A stretch of 64,000 bases of DNA, taken from Octopus bimaculoides. Taxonomy: Eukaryota. Location of the stretch: contig NC_068999.1 of NCBI RefSeq assembly GCF_001194135.2, positions 15,380,859 to 15,444,858 on the forward strand, given 5' to 3'. The notes below the pieces were generated by a model. It was not told the origin of the DNA and did no database searches. It worked only from the letters and a program-made list of their open reading frames with translations. The translations under genes were made by a program, and so were the position numbers. Shown here piece after piece: positions 12,451 through 24,855 of the stretch (positions are counted from its first letter, which is position 1; every line of letters begins with the position of its first letter).

Positions 12451-14930
12451 ACTTCCAGCTCTATTCTCACCTTCCTGTTGAGAGGTTGACAAGAGAGAAA
12501 TCTGTTAGTCTCTAAACCTTTCGCACGAGTCCACCACACATTCTTTCACCATAGCCAATGAAAACTGCCTTGCCTTCCCGGTTAAATGAAGGTGGCAGGG
12601 TAATAGTATTCACGATAGAGTCGGCCGACAACCGAATTCGTCCCACACGCGACAGCAGACGTTCGATATAAGCCCACAGACCGGAAATGTTTGTATATTG
12701 CACGAGTGCATGCAGAACAGTTTCATCGCTCTGGCCGCATTTCGAGCAAGACGGTCCGATGTTTCTTGAACCGTGCCTGTAAAGCTTATCCCGAACGGGC
12801 AACGCGGCCTGATAGCACTGCCAGGCTAGGGATTTCTGGAAATTGTCCATAGGTCCCGCCCCGAAACTGATCCTGAAAAGGTCGGCTAGATATTCCTCGT
12901 TGACGCCCAGGGTCTTCCCAAGACAGTCGTCACACCTCCCCTCCACTAATTTTCTATAGAACGCCTTCGTGGAATTGAAGTCGTACAAGTTTGATCCCGG
13001 ACGGCAGAGTTGCTCGAATGCATGGCGACACTCGCAGTGCCATTCGCCCAGCCTCGGTCTCTGTTCGATCTCCGATTGCAGTTCAATCCCCGATTGCAAA
13101 GAGACGAGTTGCAGGAAAGCGCGTCTCACGAACGGTGACCACACCTGTTCACCGTCGTCTATGAAACGCTGGAGATATCAAAGTCTCAGCGCATCACTCC
13201 GCGCCATTAACCAAGCCCTTTATTTAGCGGATGCTGTCAGCAAATGGATCGCATGACTATCGGAACGATACCCTTCCACCAACGGCGGAAGAGTATGCGT
13301 TTAGCTTTGTGATGGTACTGTCGGGACAAGGCATGACGGTCAGGTGGTAGCAGATGACAGATGTGATGTACGCATTCGTCACCTCAGTTCGACCTTTTAG
13401 AAATAGATTCCTGTCGGCCCATTGCTGGGTGAGAGTCGCCACCATACTCGTTATCTCGTCCCAGTCCTTCACCATTTGTAGGTCTCGACCAAACCAGCAC
13501 CCGAGCAATTTAACCAGTCCGTCGGTGCAATGTCTCACGATGGAGACGGTGTTGGACGGCATGGGATTCCTTTACCCAGAGGCCCTCTGAATTTTCCAGG
13601 ATAATTTCTGCTCCCGTTACCGCTTTGTATTCTTTTAGTGTGTCGCCAACCAGATCGATGTACATGTGGCTTGACACTATAACGGTGACATCGTCCGCAT
13701 ATGCAGACACGCTCCTCTAGCATCCCAGTTCTCGTGCGATGCCACTTAGTGTCGCCAGCTTCGGCAGTAGTGGTTCTAGAATCAATACATACAGAAGCGA
13801 CGAGTAGGGGCATCCTTCACGGACCGAACACGTGATGTCAAATGGTCTAGATAGATGACCGTTTACGCGAATTATCGAGTGGATGCCGCTGTATAAAGCA
13901 GGCATCCAACTGCGGAAGATGGGACTGAAAACAGCCGCCCTAAGGACAGCTTCCAAGTAACAATGGTCGACTTTATCGAGATCCTTCGATTAATTCAAAT
14001 TGATCAGCGCCTCACCCATGCCAAATTCCTTAATTAACTTGTGTATGATGTTGCGCTGCAGATGGAGCCTGTCATGGATACTTCTGCTCGGCACGGCGCA
14101 TGTTTGCGCCTTGTCGACTAGTTTCTCGATGACAAGCGCCAACCTCTAGCCTAGCACCATGGCCAGAATCTTCAAATTTGCGTTGAGTATAGTGATGGGC
14201 CGGAATTATCTATAGCGTCCCCTTTATTTGGATCTTTCTTTAGCAGTGGCACCGCTCCTCGGCTCAGAAAAAGGAAGATACTCCCGTCTTACGGCTACTT
14301 GCAGTAGACTGTTGCCATGACTTCTCCAAACATTTCTGGCATATGACAATGAAGCTCGCAGGGTAGACCGTCAAAGCCCTGTGACTTGTCTCTCACCCAT
14401 CATGCCATCGCATTCCGTACATCCACGGCTGTGATGGGTGTTTCCCAACACCCCGCCTCTCTTGCCGGGAGTCGTGGAAGACCATGCAGGTAGGCTCTAA
14501 AGTCCACCCTGCGTTCTTACCCACCAGTCATCCCGAACAGTCTGGGAAAGTACTGCTGAAAAGCCTCACATATCATTTCAGGCTCGAGTAATTCGCGCCC
14601 CTGCACATCCGTTAAAGACCGAATGGTGGTTTGTTGCCACGTTGCGCCTCCGCCCCCGGGCCTCTCGGGCGGCTGCAATTCCTTCGTTTCTTAGGGCATG
14701 CATCCTAGCCGGGACAACGCAACCTTCGTGTTTAGTGTTGAAATGTTGGTCAAGGGCCAACCTCACCGTCACAACGTTGGACACGGTGTCAGTTCTAAGT
14801 GCCTCCTTTAATTTCTTAGCTAAGTCACCCTCTATTATTTTTTTGGTCTATCGCTAAAGCCTTGCTATACCTAGCTGTTCTGCTTTGATTGCTCTCTTTA
14901 AGGCAAACCACCATTTGTTGTTGACAAAGT
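12451..14930 (-). mobile_element. Tx1-clade (L1-like) non-LTR retrotransposon ORF2, 5'-truncated, frameshifted
   Basis: Minus-strand motifs in order: NNKWWFALKRAIKAE, KSQGFDGLP (KSPGxDGLP), NFRPI region, SVREGCPYSSLLYVL (RQGCPLSP), SAYADDVTV (RT YADD), LLGCWFG, RNLFLKGR, and C-terminal zinc knuckle CSKCGQSDETVLHALVQY. GC content well above flanks; no endonuclease domain seen. Confidence 0.92.
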
Positions 14931-15769
14931 AGTTTGCTAAAGAAAGATCCAAATAAAGGGGATGCTATAGATAATTTCCGGCCCATTTCTGACAAATATA
15001 GCATGGTGCTGAAATTTTGATTCTTTGTGACTAGTGTTGGATCATACTTGGATTTACAGGAGTAGCTATCACTAGTATGTAGAGCAAAATATTCCAAAAC
15101 ATATAGGCACTTAAAAAGAACGCCAAACTGAACCATATCTGCCAAACACATGCTACCAAAACAAGTAACAGATCAAAGTAAATCGATGAAAAACCCTAGT
15201 CAATGTGAAACTCGAAGAAATCAAAACAAGAAAAATATTTTCAAAACTGCAAAAATCACAGCTTTGGTACGAGTTTTCGTCTGCAAGAAAGATCAGGGAT
15301 CTGTTTTAAACAAGAATAACTCTTCACAATAAGGTGTAACGTCATCTGTTCGACTGAAATCATAATCTATGCAATTACATGCACAGTAAGTAGTACGCAT
15401 TGCATCAGGCAAACAGAAGGTTCCTTAATACAACGCATGATTCTTCATAGATCATAAATTAATATTCAGAAATAGAGACAACTGATACTCAGTGAAAATT
15501 TTACAGATGTGCAAGTTAGCAACACCCGAATTTTACGATTTTCCTGAGTATTAAGATAGCACTTTGGATAACAAATAACTATCGATCAATACCGAAGCAA
15601 CTTCCATCATCAAATGGCTACTTCAAAATACAGATAGAAGGAAAGGGAGAAAATTAGCAACAACAAATACTACAGCAAATTTATATTATGTTGCCTCTAA
15701 TAACATGTTTTCTAGTGTGACTAACGCAACTGCAATTACTACAGCCACTAGTGCTGCTGCAAATAACAA

Positions 15770-16365
15770 CAACAATAATAATAATAATAGTAATAATAAT
15801 AATAATAATAATAATAGGTCACAGAAATAATAATAATAAAAGGTCACAGAAAACGAGAAAGCAACCATACTCTGGGATATGCCAATACACACAGATAGAT
15901 AAATTAAGGCCAATAGACCAGATATAGTTGTCAAAGATCATGAAGAAAAAAAATGCTTTCTAATTGATGTATCAATACCAGCAGATGACAACGTTTCTCT
16001 AAAAGAAATGGAAAAACTTTCAAAATACAAAGACCTGGAAATAGAGATAACTGGAATGTGGAGTCTAAAAACAGAAACAATTCCTATCATAGTAGGTGCC
16101 TTAGGTATAATAAAAAAAATATTCAGACAAATACATAANNNNNNNNNNAAATATTCAGACAAATACATAACAAAAACACCAGGACTTACAAATATATATA
16201 ACATAGAGAAAATTGCACTACTGGGTACTGCACACATTCTACGCAAAACACTTTCAATACAGTAAACATAAGAGCACCACAGCAAACCACAGCACATACC
16301 CAAGGCGCACAGAGCTGCGCTCGGTAGTGAAGTGAAAGCACGTTATAAAAATAAAACTACTGAAC

Positions 16366-16436
<71 letters not shown>

Positions 16437-16560
16437 TGATGATGATGATGATGATGATTTCGAACATTTTTTGGTGGGGGAAAAAATAACAATTATTATA
16501 ATGAAGGATTTCTAACATAGGCACAAGGCCACAAGGCTGCTAATAATAATAATAATATTA

Positions 16561-16632
<72 letters not shown>

Positions 16633-16642
16633 TTAATAATAA
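15770..16642. repeat. Cluster of (TAA)n arrays (15770-15840, 16366-16435, 16541-16642) plus (GAT)n, hosting TE insertions
   Basis: Read directly. Confidence 0.9.
15841..16365 (+). mobile_element. R4/Dong-type non-LTR retrotransposon 3' end (restriction-like endonuclease domain plus 3' UTR) inserted in a (TAA)n array
   Basis: KVTENEKATILWDMPIHTDR*IKANRPDIVVKDHEEKKCFLIDVSIP..KLSKYKDLEIE..PIIVGALG..ALLGTAHILRKTLSIQ* carries the RPD...D...K REL motif; (TAA)n on both sides; one nonsense codon at 15900-15902; 10-N gap at 16139-16148 with duplicated flanks. Confidence 0.9.
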
Positions 16643-18904
16643 CCTGTTTCCTTCCGCTGTAATCGCTGCGGCTTCTGCTGCTCAGCACCAGTCACAAGGA
16701 ATTGAAGGTCCAGCATAATGCGAGTGTTTGCGACAAGAACATACTTCCAACTTTGATATCATGAAATGTTTATTTCATTAATCAACTTTAAAAACTATTA
16801 TTCTCTTTGTTACAACATGATTGAATTGACTGCAAGCCATTAAAACAGGTCTGTCAATTTTTATAAGACACGCAGCGTTCTTCGCTGTGTCCAACAAATT
16901 TAACCCATGCGAAACACCATAACCTTTTCAACAGTATGTAATATATATATATACACACGCGTATATACATATAGGTAGCATGCATATGTGTATGCATGCA
17001 TTTATACGTTTATATATATAATACAAAGAATATATATGCATGTATACACATATATATGTACATGCTTACATCTACACGTGTATATAGATGCATATCAGAG
17101 TACAGGACGTTAGCACAATGAACTACAGACCACGGAACGAACACATAGGAAAACAGATAGACACTTGGAATTAATCTTTCGTCAGCTGCCTCTATTCTAA
17201 CTAGACGTTTCGAAGATAAGGCAGACGGTACTCTAGAATAGTCTCTTCCTGAGTAGTGGATGGACCCACTAAACAGAGGATTCCAAGGTGGCAAACACAA
17301 AACAAGACATATATATATATATGTTTGTAGCCATGTGTTCATATACGTGTGCTTATACGTGTGCATAAATACATGCATATAAACATACATACATACATAC
17401 ATACGCACATGTGTGCGTGTATGCACGCTTGAATGTGTTGCCATCTTATGAATTAAATACTGTTGGCAAAAATTGTGACTGGATATAAGACATTAAGACA
17501 CTTAATTGAAACTATGCTGAATTAAGTTTTAACTCTATACTCTATCCTACTACAGACAGTATCGGAAACTGAAAGAAAAAAAACTTTTCATCGTATATTT
17601 AAGTCCATAAACGTTCTCATTATAATCGTGCATATAAATATAGAATAACGGATATCTTTGTGGAAACTATAGTAAATATAAATCGGTTATGAAAAATATA
17701 AATAATTTTCTTTTGAAAGACACCAATGGAAATTATCTCCTCAATACAGCCCCATGAGAAACATATATATTTATTTATTTATACATATATGAACGTATGG
17801 ATATATGTATGCATGTATATATTTATACATAAGTATATATATATATATATATATATATATATNNNNNNNNNNNNNNNNNNNNNNNNNNNNNNNNNNNNNN
17901 NNNNNNNNNNNNNNNNNNNNNNNNNNNNNNNNNNNNNNNNNNNNNNNNNNNNNNNNNNNNNNNNNNNNNNNNNNNNNNNNNNNNNNNNNNNNNNNNNNNN
18001 NNNNNNNNNNNNNNNNNNNNNNNNNNNNNNNNNNNNNNNNNNNNNNNNNNNNNNNNNNNNNNNNNNNNNNNNNNNNNNNNNNNNNNNNNNNNNNNNNNNN
18101 NNNNNNNNNNNNNNNNNNNNNNNNNNNNNNNNNNNNNNNNNNNNNNNNNNNNNNNNNNNNNNNNNNNNNNNNNNNNNNNNNNNNNNNNNNNNNNNNNNNN
18201 NNNNNNNNNNNNNNNNNNNNNNNNNNNNNNNNNNNNNNNNNNNNNNNNNNNNNNNNNNNNNNNNNNNNNNNNNNNNNNNNNNNNNNNNNNNNNNNNNNNN
18301 NNNNNNNNNNNNNNNNNNNNNNNNNNNNNNNNNNNNNNNNNNNNNNNNNNNNNNNNNNNNNNNNNNNNNNNNNNNNNNNNNNNNNNNNNNNNNNNNNNNN
18401 NNNNNNNNNNNNNNNNNNNNNNNNNNNNNNNNNNNNNNNNNNNNNNNNNNNNNNNNNNNNNNNNNTATATATATCCATATACATATTTTTATTTATATAT
18501 AAATGAATTGTGTGTGTGTGCGTGCATGTGTGTGTGTGTGTATTTGTTTGTCTGTAGGAATATACGCATATTGAAATAGAGGTACAGAGAGAAGCGAGAG
18601 AAAGTGAGAAATAGACAGCCATACAGATAAAGACACAGAGACAGAAAAGCACGCAGGTGGCCCTAGCAATCAGACACACACGTACTTAATTAAGTATTAA
18701 TGTGTACTTGAGTTTATATATATACCTGTAACAGATTTTGCGTTTCTATATATATATTGATCGTTTGTATGAAGAACAAAATTGCTAAAATCTCTCTTTG
18801 GTCTGGCCGCGAATAGAACACTGCTGAGCTACAGTACAGATATTTGTACCTCCCTATAACGTTCGAACAATAGAAAGCAATATCAGAATTTTTAACATTA
18901 TAAA

Positions 18905-18975
18905 ATGCAGTAAAATTACCCCAAATCATACTACCTCCGGAGTGAAACGTGACGATGTTCCTGGAAAATAGAATG
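18905..18975 (-). mobile_element. Tiny Tc1-like transposase remnant
   Basis: FHSGGSMIWGNFTA resembles the Tc1 motif HGGGSVMVWGCFS; very short. Confidence 0.3.
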
Positions 18976-20044
18976 GATAAAATCGAAATCAATTCAAACA
19001 CTTGTCAACAAAACTATATTATCAAGTAACAGGAAATATTACTTCCTAAATTATCTTGAACCAAAGAGAAGCGAAATCCAAGTAGTATTACGTGCCAATT
19101 TAGCATCGAAGTCAAAAGTATGGTTTGAGATGCTTTCAATTTTATTAGAAATATATTCACCCTTGTACAAAATCGCTTCCACAAAAAGAAACAACGAAAA
19201 ATCTAATTATAAAACAGCTTTGAAACTAAAACGAAAACGCAGTAAGGTGAATGAAAGTAAGTTTTCCATGGATTGATGTGTTAATAATCTAGGGAGAGGT
19301 TCTTACATTCTATAGATTTTGGAAATATATTCCATGTGGGTATACGAAGGCCTGTCTTTAATATAATATCTAAAACTGATTTTTATTCAACACGCAGTAA
19401 ATAAATATAACATTGCCTTCTTCTTAAACGCAATCTTCGTCAAGATTCTATTTGCATTGCATTTTTTAGTTCTTACATGAAAATCGAAAGACTCAATATT
19501 GATTTCTATTACAAGCACAATACCAAATATTTTGGGGGAAAGGGAATATATTAAGCGTGTAGATCGATATTTGTGCTTCCCTGCTAAGGAATTTATCCAT
19601 CTCGGGAGGAATTTACCTATTCTGGGAGGAATTATTAATTCGAAAACATTTGAACTATATCTAAATATTCTATATCTAATGTAATATAAAAATATACCTC
19701 TGTTACCGTGTGTATATCTCAGTAATTGTTTTACTGACTTGCGCTAGCAAGCGCATAGCAGCACACAGTATTGTAAAATGGAGGACACACCAATGATATT
19801 CAAAGACACTCACGGAAAGACAACGTTCTATAGTAAAAGTTTTAGCATATGTCAACTCAATCTGGATTACATTGGGCAAATAGCACGATGCTGATCCACA
19901 CAAATAGATTTAATGACACGTACATGGATATATATTCGCCTATATATATGTTCATATGTTCACTATGTATGTACATACATATTATATATATATGACATTC
20001 GTTCGGTTACGACGATGAGGGTTCCATCGTATAATTAACGTGAA

Positions 20045-21290
20045 AGTGGCTGGGTTCTCATTTCATTTAGGGATCAATTTTGTCTCTACCAGAGCTAGCC
20101 AGAGTGGGATGCTACTGTTCCCAATGAAAGTTTACTGGTACAGATTGATAAGATATGGCCGGTAGAATGTTAGTTTTTTGTATCAATATCCAAGTGCTTT
20201 TCCATCCTGGCGTTTCTGGATCACAGTTATAGGAGATTCACCATCAATGCTGTATGTCTTGGATGTAACGCAGGATCAATACCTCTTTTCGGATTTCTTC
20301 CAGTCACAGAATATCTTGGTTAAATTTCTTCTCTTCGATCCAGATATCCCTCCAAAAGGAGTCTATGTCTTCTCGTGAAGGAGCTTCTGTGATATTCATT
20401 GCATCTCCACTCATGTCTCTGTATGCTGCTAACTGGCTGCGGTTATATTTTTGGTTTATTGTTCTTCTCTCGGTTATTCTCTTCCGATGACAGAGTTTTT
20501 CACTGACACCTTTTTGCAAGGGAGTGTCCCTTTTTCCTGGATCCAAACATCATTTCTATCTCCTTCTTTACTTTTAGTTGATGGGGCGTATAGTGATTTG
20601 CCTGTTTGCATACAATAAGCATCATTACATGATTGATGGTCTTCCGTAAATCTTTTTCTGTCTTCAAAACCTATGCTGTTACATTCTTTGTTATTTCGGT
20701 TTTGTTTACTTTTTGAATATCATTCATGTACAGTAGTAGCAAGCACATATAGACAGGCGTTAATCTGCTAGATGTAAATACTCATCATCAATTTCCTTAA
20801 GAGATTTTAATACTATATCCGGTTGTTTGTTACTTACTTTGGTAAAGAATACTCTCTCCACAATGAAGTCCTTCAAAGCCAAATTATTTTTTCTCGGAAA
20901 ATTTCAGTAAGAGTACGTTTCACCGGTACTTCTACTACTAATACTACTACTACAATAATCGTTGTGGTTGGGCCTACTACAATCGTAGCAGGGAGTCAGT
21001 GGTCAGTTACTTGAGCCAGTAACGTAGTTTGGTTGGCAGATACTATGAAATCTGGAAATCTGTTGGAATGTCGCTAGCTGGGAAACCACATGGTGGCCTT
21101 ATATCACTCACGTTTTCGTTTTTATTTATAAAGTTGGGAAGAAGGTTCATTTTTGATTTTTCTTCATAAACTGTTCTACAAATGTTGCTTCTTGGCGTAG
21201 GTACTTCGCTGTAGAATGATTTAATTCTAGATGCAGATCGTCCCAATATGATTTCAATCGATTCATATAGCCATCAGCGGGGTTTTGCTT
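20045..21290 (-). mobile_element. Degenerate R4/Dong-type LINE, 5' part up to the start of the RT domain
   Basis: Minus-strand APSREDIDSFWRDIW, GY*YKKLTFYRPYL and PLWLAL..TKLIPK, typical of the pre-RT and RT-0/1 region of R2/R4-group elements; many stops and frameshifts. Confidence 0.65.
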
Positions 21291-21722
21291 CACTTTTTCA
21301 TAGCAATTAAATTCATCATTCCAAGAGAAATTAGTTTCGTCGTAGTTACAGTTTCTTCTATAAATACAGCTAGACAGAATTTGTTTGCCTGTTGAGCTGG
21401 TGTTTACAGTTGTTTATGTCTTCAATGTCATCAACTGATCACTTGATCGACTGAATATATAGTGAAAAAGCTAGGTGAAACAACGATTTCAAAACTGCAT
21501 ACGCATGTGTATTGGGTGAGATGTTGCGTGTAACGGCAAAGACTTATAAGCAACGCATAAAAATTGAATGCAAATGTCAAAAATATATATGTATTATATA
21601 CATCATTTCTTGGGAGATGTTCTCAAAGATATATATAAAAGCATATGAAGTCTTGCATACTACCCTCGGCTTTGTCAGTAGCTTGATTATTCGGAAGGCT
21701 ATGAGAAGTTAGTAAGCTGATA

Positions 21723-21934
21723 TACAGGGTGTCAACAAAGTCTGGGTACATGGGGATTAACACATACTTTAAGAAATTATTATTTCTTATATTTAATTGT
21801 TTACGTTATGATTTTATTTACTCCATGTACCCACATAGGGATTAATACATACTTTAAGAAATTATTATTTCTTATATTTAATTATGTTATGTTTTTATTT
21901 ACTCCATGTACTCAGACCTTGGGGATACCCTGTA
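21723..21934. mobile_element. Tc1/mariner-type MITE (~208 bp) with TA target duplication
   Basis: TA-cagggtgtcaacaaagtctgggtacatgg ... ccatgtactcagaccttggggataccctg-TA; 29-bp TIRs with 5 mismatches; internal ~75-bp tandem duplication. Confidence 0.8.
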
Positions 21935-22796
21935 CACTGCAATAGTGAAGAATTTTAAAACTAAATTGATGAGCCTCAGAATTAAACGAAGAGAGATATT
22001 TTGGCTGAACTAGATCATTCAGAAACATTTTGCGTAATTGTACCCAAAATGTGAATATATGTGTGCATGTGTGTGTGTGCGCGCACGCATGCGTGTTTGT
22101 TTGCGTCTGTGCGTGTAAGTGAGTGTATGTGCATGTGTGTGTGTGTGTGCGCGCGTGCTATAATGTGTTTCCATGATGCATATTGACATGTATATATGTG
22201 TACGTATAGAAAGTTAGATACACAGACAGACGGACGGACGGACGAACGGACAGACAGGCAGACAGTAAGTCAGTCAGACAGACAGACAGATAGATAGATA
22301 GATAGATAGATACACAAAGGCACAGAAAGCCAGATAACTAGACAGTCGGTGTAATAAGAACACACATTGCCATATATGCTTATGTCTAAGCATTCAGGTG
22401 TATATATGATTGCATAAGTATGCCAGTGTAAATGTATGTTTGTGTGCACATGCATGTATAAATATACGCAACATACATATATAAATATGATTACATACAT
22501 GTGTGTGCCGATACACGTATGTATGTATGTACGAATTTATCTATTCATGCATTTGAGTATGTACGAAGATATTCCAGCGAGTAAGGAACTTATAACAGAA
22601 TGCCAGTGTTGATTCCGCTCTTGGTGATAAATTGAATGAGTGACATCGAAGTATCTGAAGTAGTTGCTTCCGGCAAACTGTGATTTACACAGATTTTAAC
22701 GGTTTCATACGCGTGTATTTCCATAGATAGATGCATTTCATATGATACAGGAGGAGTCAGTTCTAGTATTGAAATATATGGATTTTAAAGCATACG

Positions 22797-22892
22797 AGAA
22801 GGAGAAGAAGAAGAAGAAGAAGAAGAAGAAGAAGAAGAAGAAGAAGAAGAAGAAGAAGAAGAAGAAGAAGAAGAAGAAGAAGAAGAAGAAGA
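22797..22892. repeat. (GAA)n array running into a gap
   Basis: Read directly. Confidence 0.95.
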
Positions 22893-23689
22893 NNNNNNNN
22901 NNNNNNNNNNNNNNNNNNNNNNNNNNNNNNNNNNNNNNNNNNNNNNNNNNNNNNNNNNNNNNNNNNNNNNNNNNNNNNNNNNNNNNNNNNNNNNNNNNNN
23001 NNNNNNNNNNNNNNNNNNNNNNNNNNNNNNNNNNNNNNNNNNNNNNNNNNNNNNNNNNNNNNNNNNNNNNNNNNNNNNNNNNNNNNNNNNNNNNNNNNNN
23101 NNNNNNNNNNNNNNNNNNNNNNNNNNNNNNNNNNNNNNNNNNNNNNNNNNNNNNNNNNNNNNNNNNNNNNNNNNNNNNNNNNNNNNNNNNNNNNNNNNNN
23201 NNNNNNNNNNNNNNNNNNNNNNNNNNNNNNNNNNNNNNNNNNNNNNNNNNNNNNNNNNNNNNNNNNNNNNNNNNNNNNNNNNNNNNNNNNNNNNNNNNNN
23301 NNNNNNNNNNNNNNNNNNNNNNNNNNNNNNNNNNNNNNNNNNNNNNNNNNNNNNNNNNNNNNNNNNNNNNNNNNNNNNNNNNNNNNNNNNNNNNNNNNNN
23401 NNNNNNNNNNNNNNNNNNNNNNNNNNNNNNNNNNNNNNNNNNNNNNNNNNNNNNNNNNNNNNNNNNNNNNNNNNNNNNNNNNNNNNNNNNNNNNNNNNNN
23501 NNNNNNNNNNNNNNNNNNNNNNNNNNNNNNNNNNNNNNNNNNNNNNNNNNNNNNNNNNNNNNNNNNNNNNNNNNNNNNNNNNNNNNNNNNNNNNNNNNNN
23601 NNNNNNNNNNNNNNNNNNNNNNNNNNNNNNNNNNNNNNNNNNNNNNNNNNNNNNNNNNNNNNNNNNNNNNNNNNNNNNNNNNNNNNNTA

Positions 23690-24345
23690 TATACGCATTC
23701 AAAAGTTCCACAAATGTTTATACGCTCGGAAGACGTTTACGTCTACAGACTGACTTTCGTCCATTATTATCAGTATTTAGATTTTAGAAAAGAAACCCCT
23801 ACCAATTCTGTTAATAGTTTGCAACGCTGGTGTACGATATTATTAAACTATGATTTCAAGATGGAGTGTACACCATCCAAGAAATGAGGTCATGCTGATT
23901 CTCTTTCAAGGCTGAATTCAAAAAATGAGGAACCATTTGAAGATACCGTGATTGACGTTTTGCCGGGGGAAGAAGAAATTAAAAGTGTTTTGTGTAACGT
24001 TATTCGTGACCGGCCAGCTAGTTAACAAGAAACATAATTAAAATCAGAAAACGATTAATTCATTATAAATATGAAAGAAATACTGAAGGCTAAAAGACAT
24101 TGACATATGCGCAACACAAATGCAAAACATTTCTCAATGTGTGACAATGTTTTGATGTATACACAATGAGTCGTTGTACCATCTGCTCTACAAAAGCTAT
24201 TATTAAAGGAATTTCATATTGATCACCGAGAGACTTCGAGAATGAAATCATTAACGAATATTATATTGGCCAACAATAGACGGTAACAGTGAAGAATCTG
24301 TGAAAGCATGCAGAGGGTTTGATTTAGCTGTTAAATGTTTGTAAT
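23690..24345 (+). mobile_element. Ty3/Gypsy LTR retrotransposon pol remnant (RNase H to integrase zinc finger)
   Basis: YAFKKFH-like start, LQTDFRPLLSV, LQRWCTILLNYDFKME, GHADSLSRL, then VVPSALQKLLLKEFH, SRMKSL, YWP and VKACRG (HHCC zinc finger). Left end lost in a gap; no LTR seen. Confidence 0.85.
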
Positions 24346-24771
24346 GCAAATACGTGAATGAAAATGTAGTTTAGTTGGTAACCAAAAGCTTACTGATTCT
24401 TTTGATACCCCATACGTCAAAATCGGCAACTCGGTTTTGGAATGCATTAGGAACATACGCACACACTCACACACATATACATATATTGCTTCTATTGTTG
24501 TTCATGTCATCAATGATGTTGTTTGCTGTTGAGTTTCTTCTCGTTGTTGCGTTTTATGCTCTCCAATTCACAATGAAAACGTATTTTAGGCTATTAAAGA
24601 AAACCTTGATCTTATTAAGCTATTCTATCACAAGAACAAAATTATTACGAAGATTGACAGTATATGAACTAACAGCGCTTGCAAATACAGAAAATATAAT
24701 GATTATTTCTATGTATTCTGCATATTACCCACATTTAATATATTATGAACGACACTGTTCAGTAAAGAAGA

Positions 24772-24855
24772 TTACCCATTTTGTCCGGGGTAGTGGCATA
24801 AACATTCGTTTGGTAAAGCTACATGTTTGTAACCAATGCCATTACTGCCGTTCTG
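24772..24855 (-). CDS. Possible terminal exon QNGSNGIGYKHVALPNECLCHYPGQNG*
   Basis: Acceptor aatttgtattggcatttcag (NAGNAG), 27 codons to TAA; LPxxCxC near the C-terminus. No upstream exon identified. Confidence 0.2.
   Translation of the reverse strand, partial: QNGSNGIGYKHVALPNECLCHYPGQNG

Noticed and set aside
16117-16170. Duplicated aaatattcagacaaatacataa around the 10-N gap
   Set aside because: Typical unmerged contig overlap; assembly artefact rather than a biological duplication.
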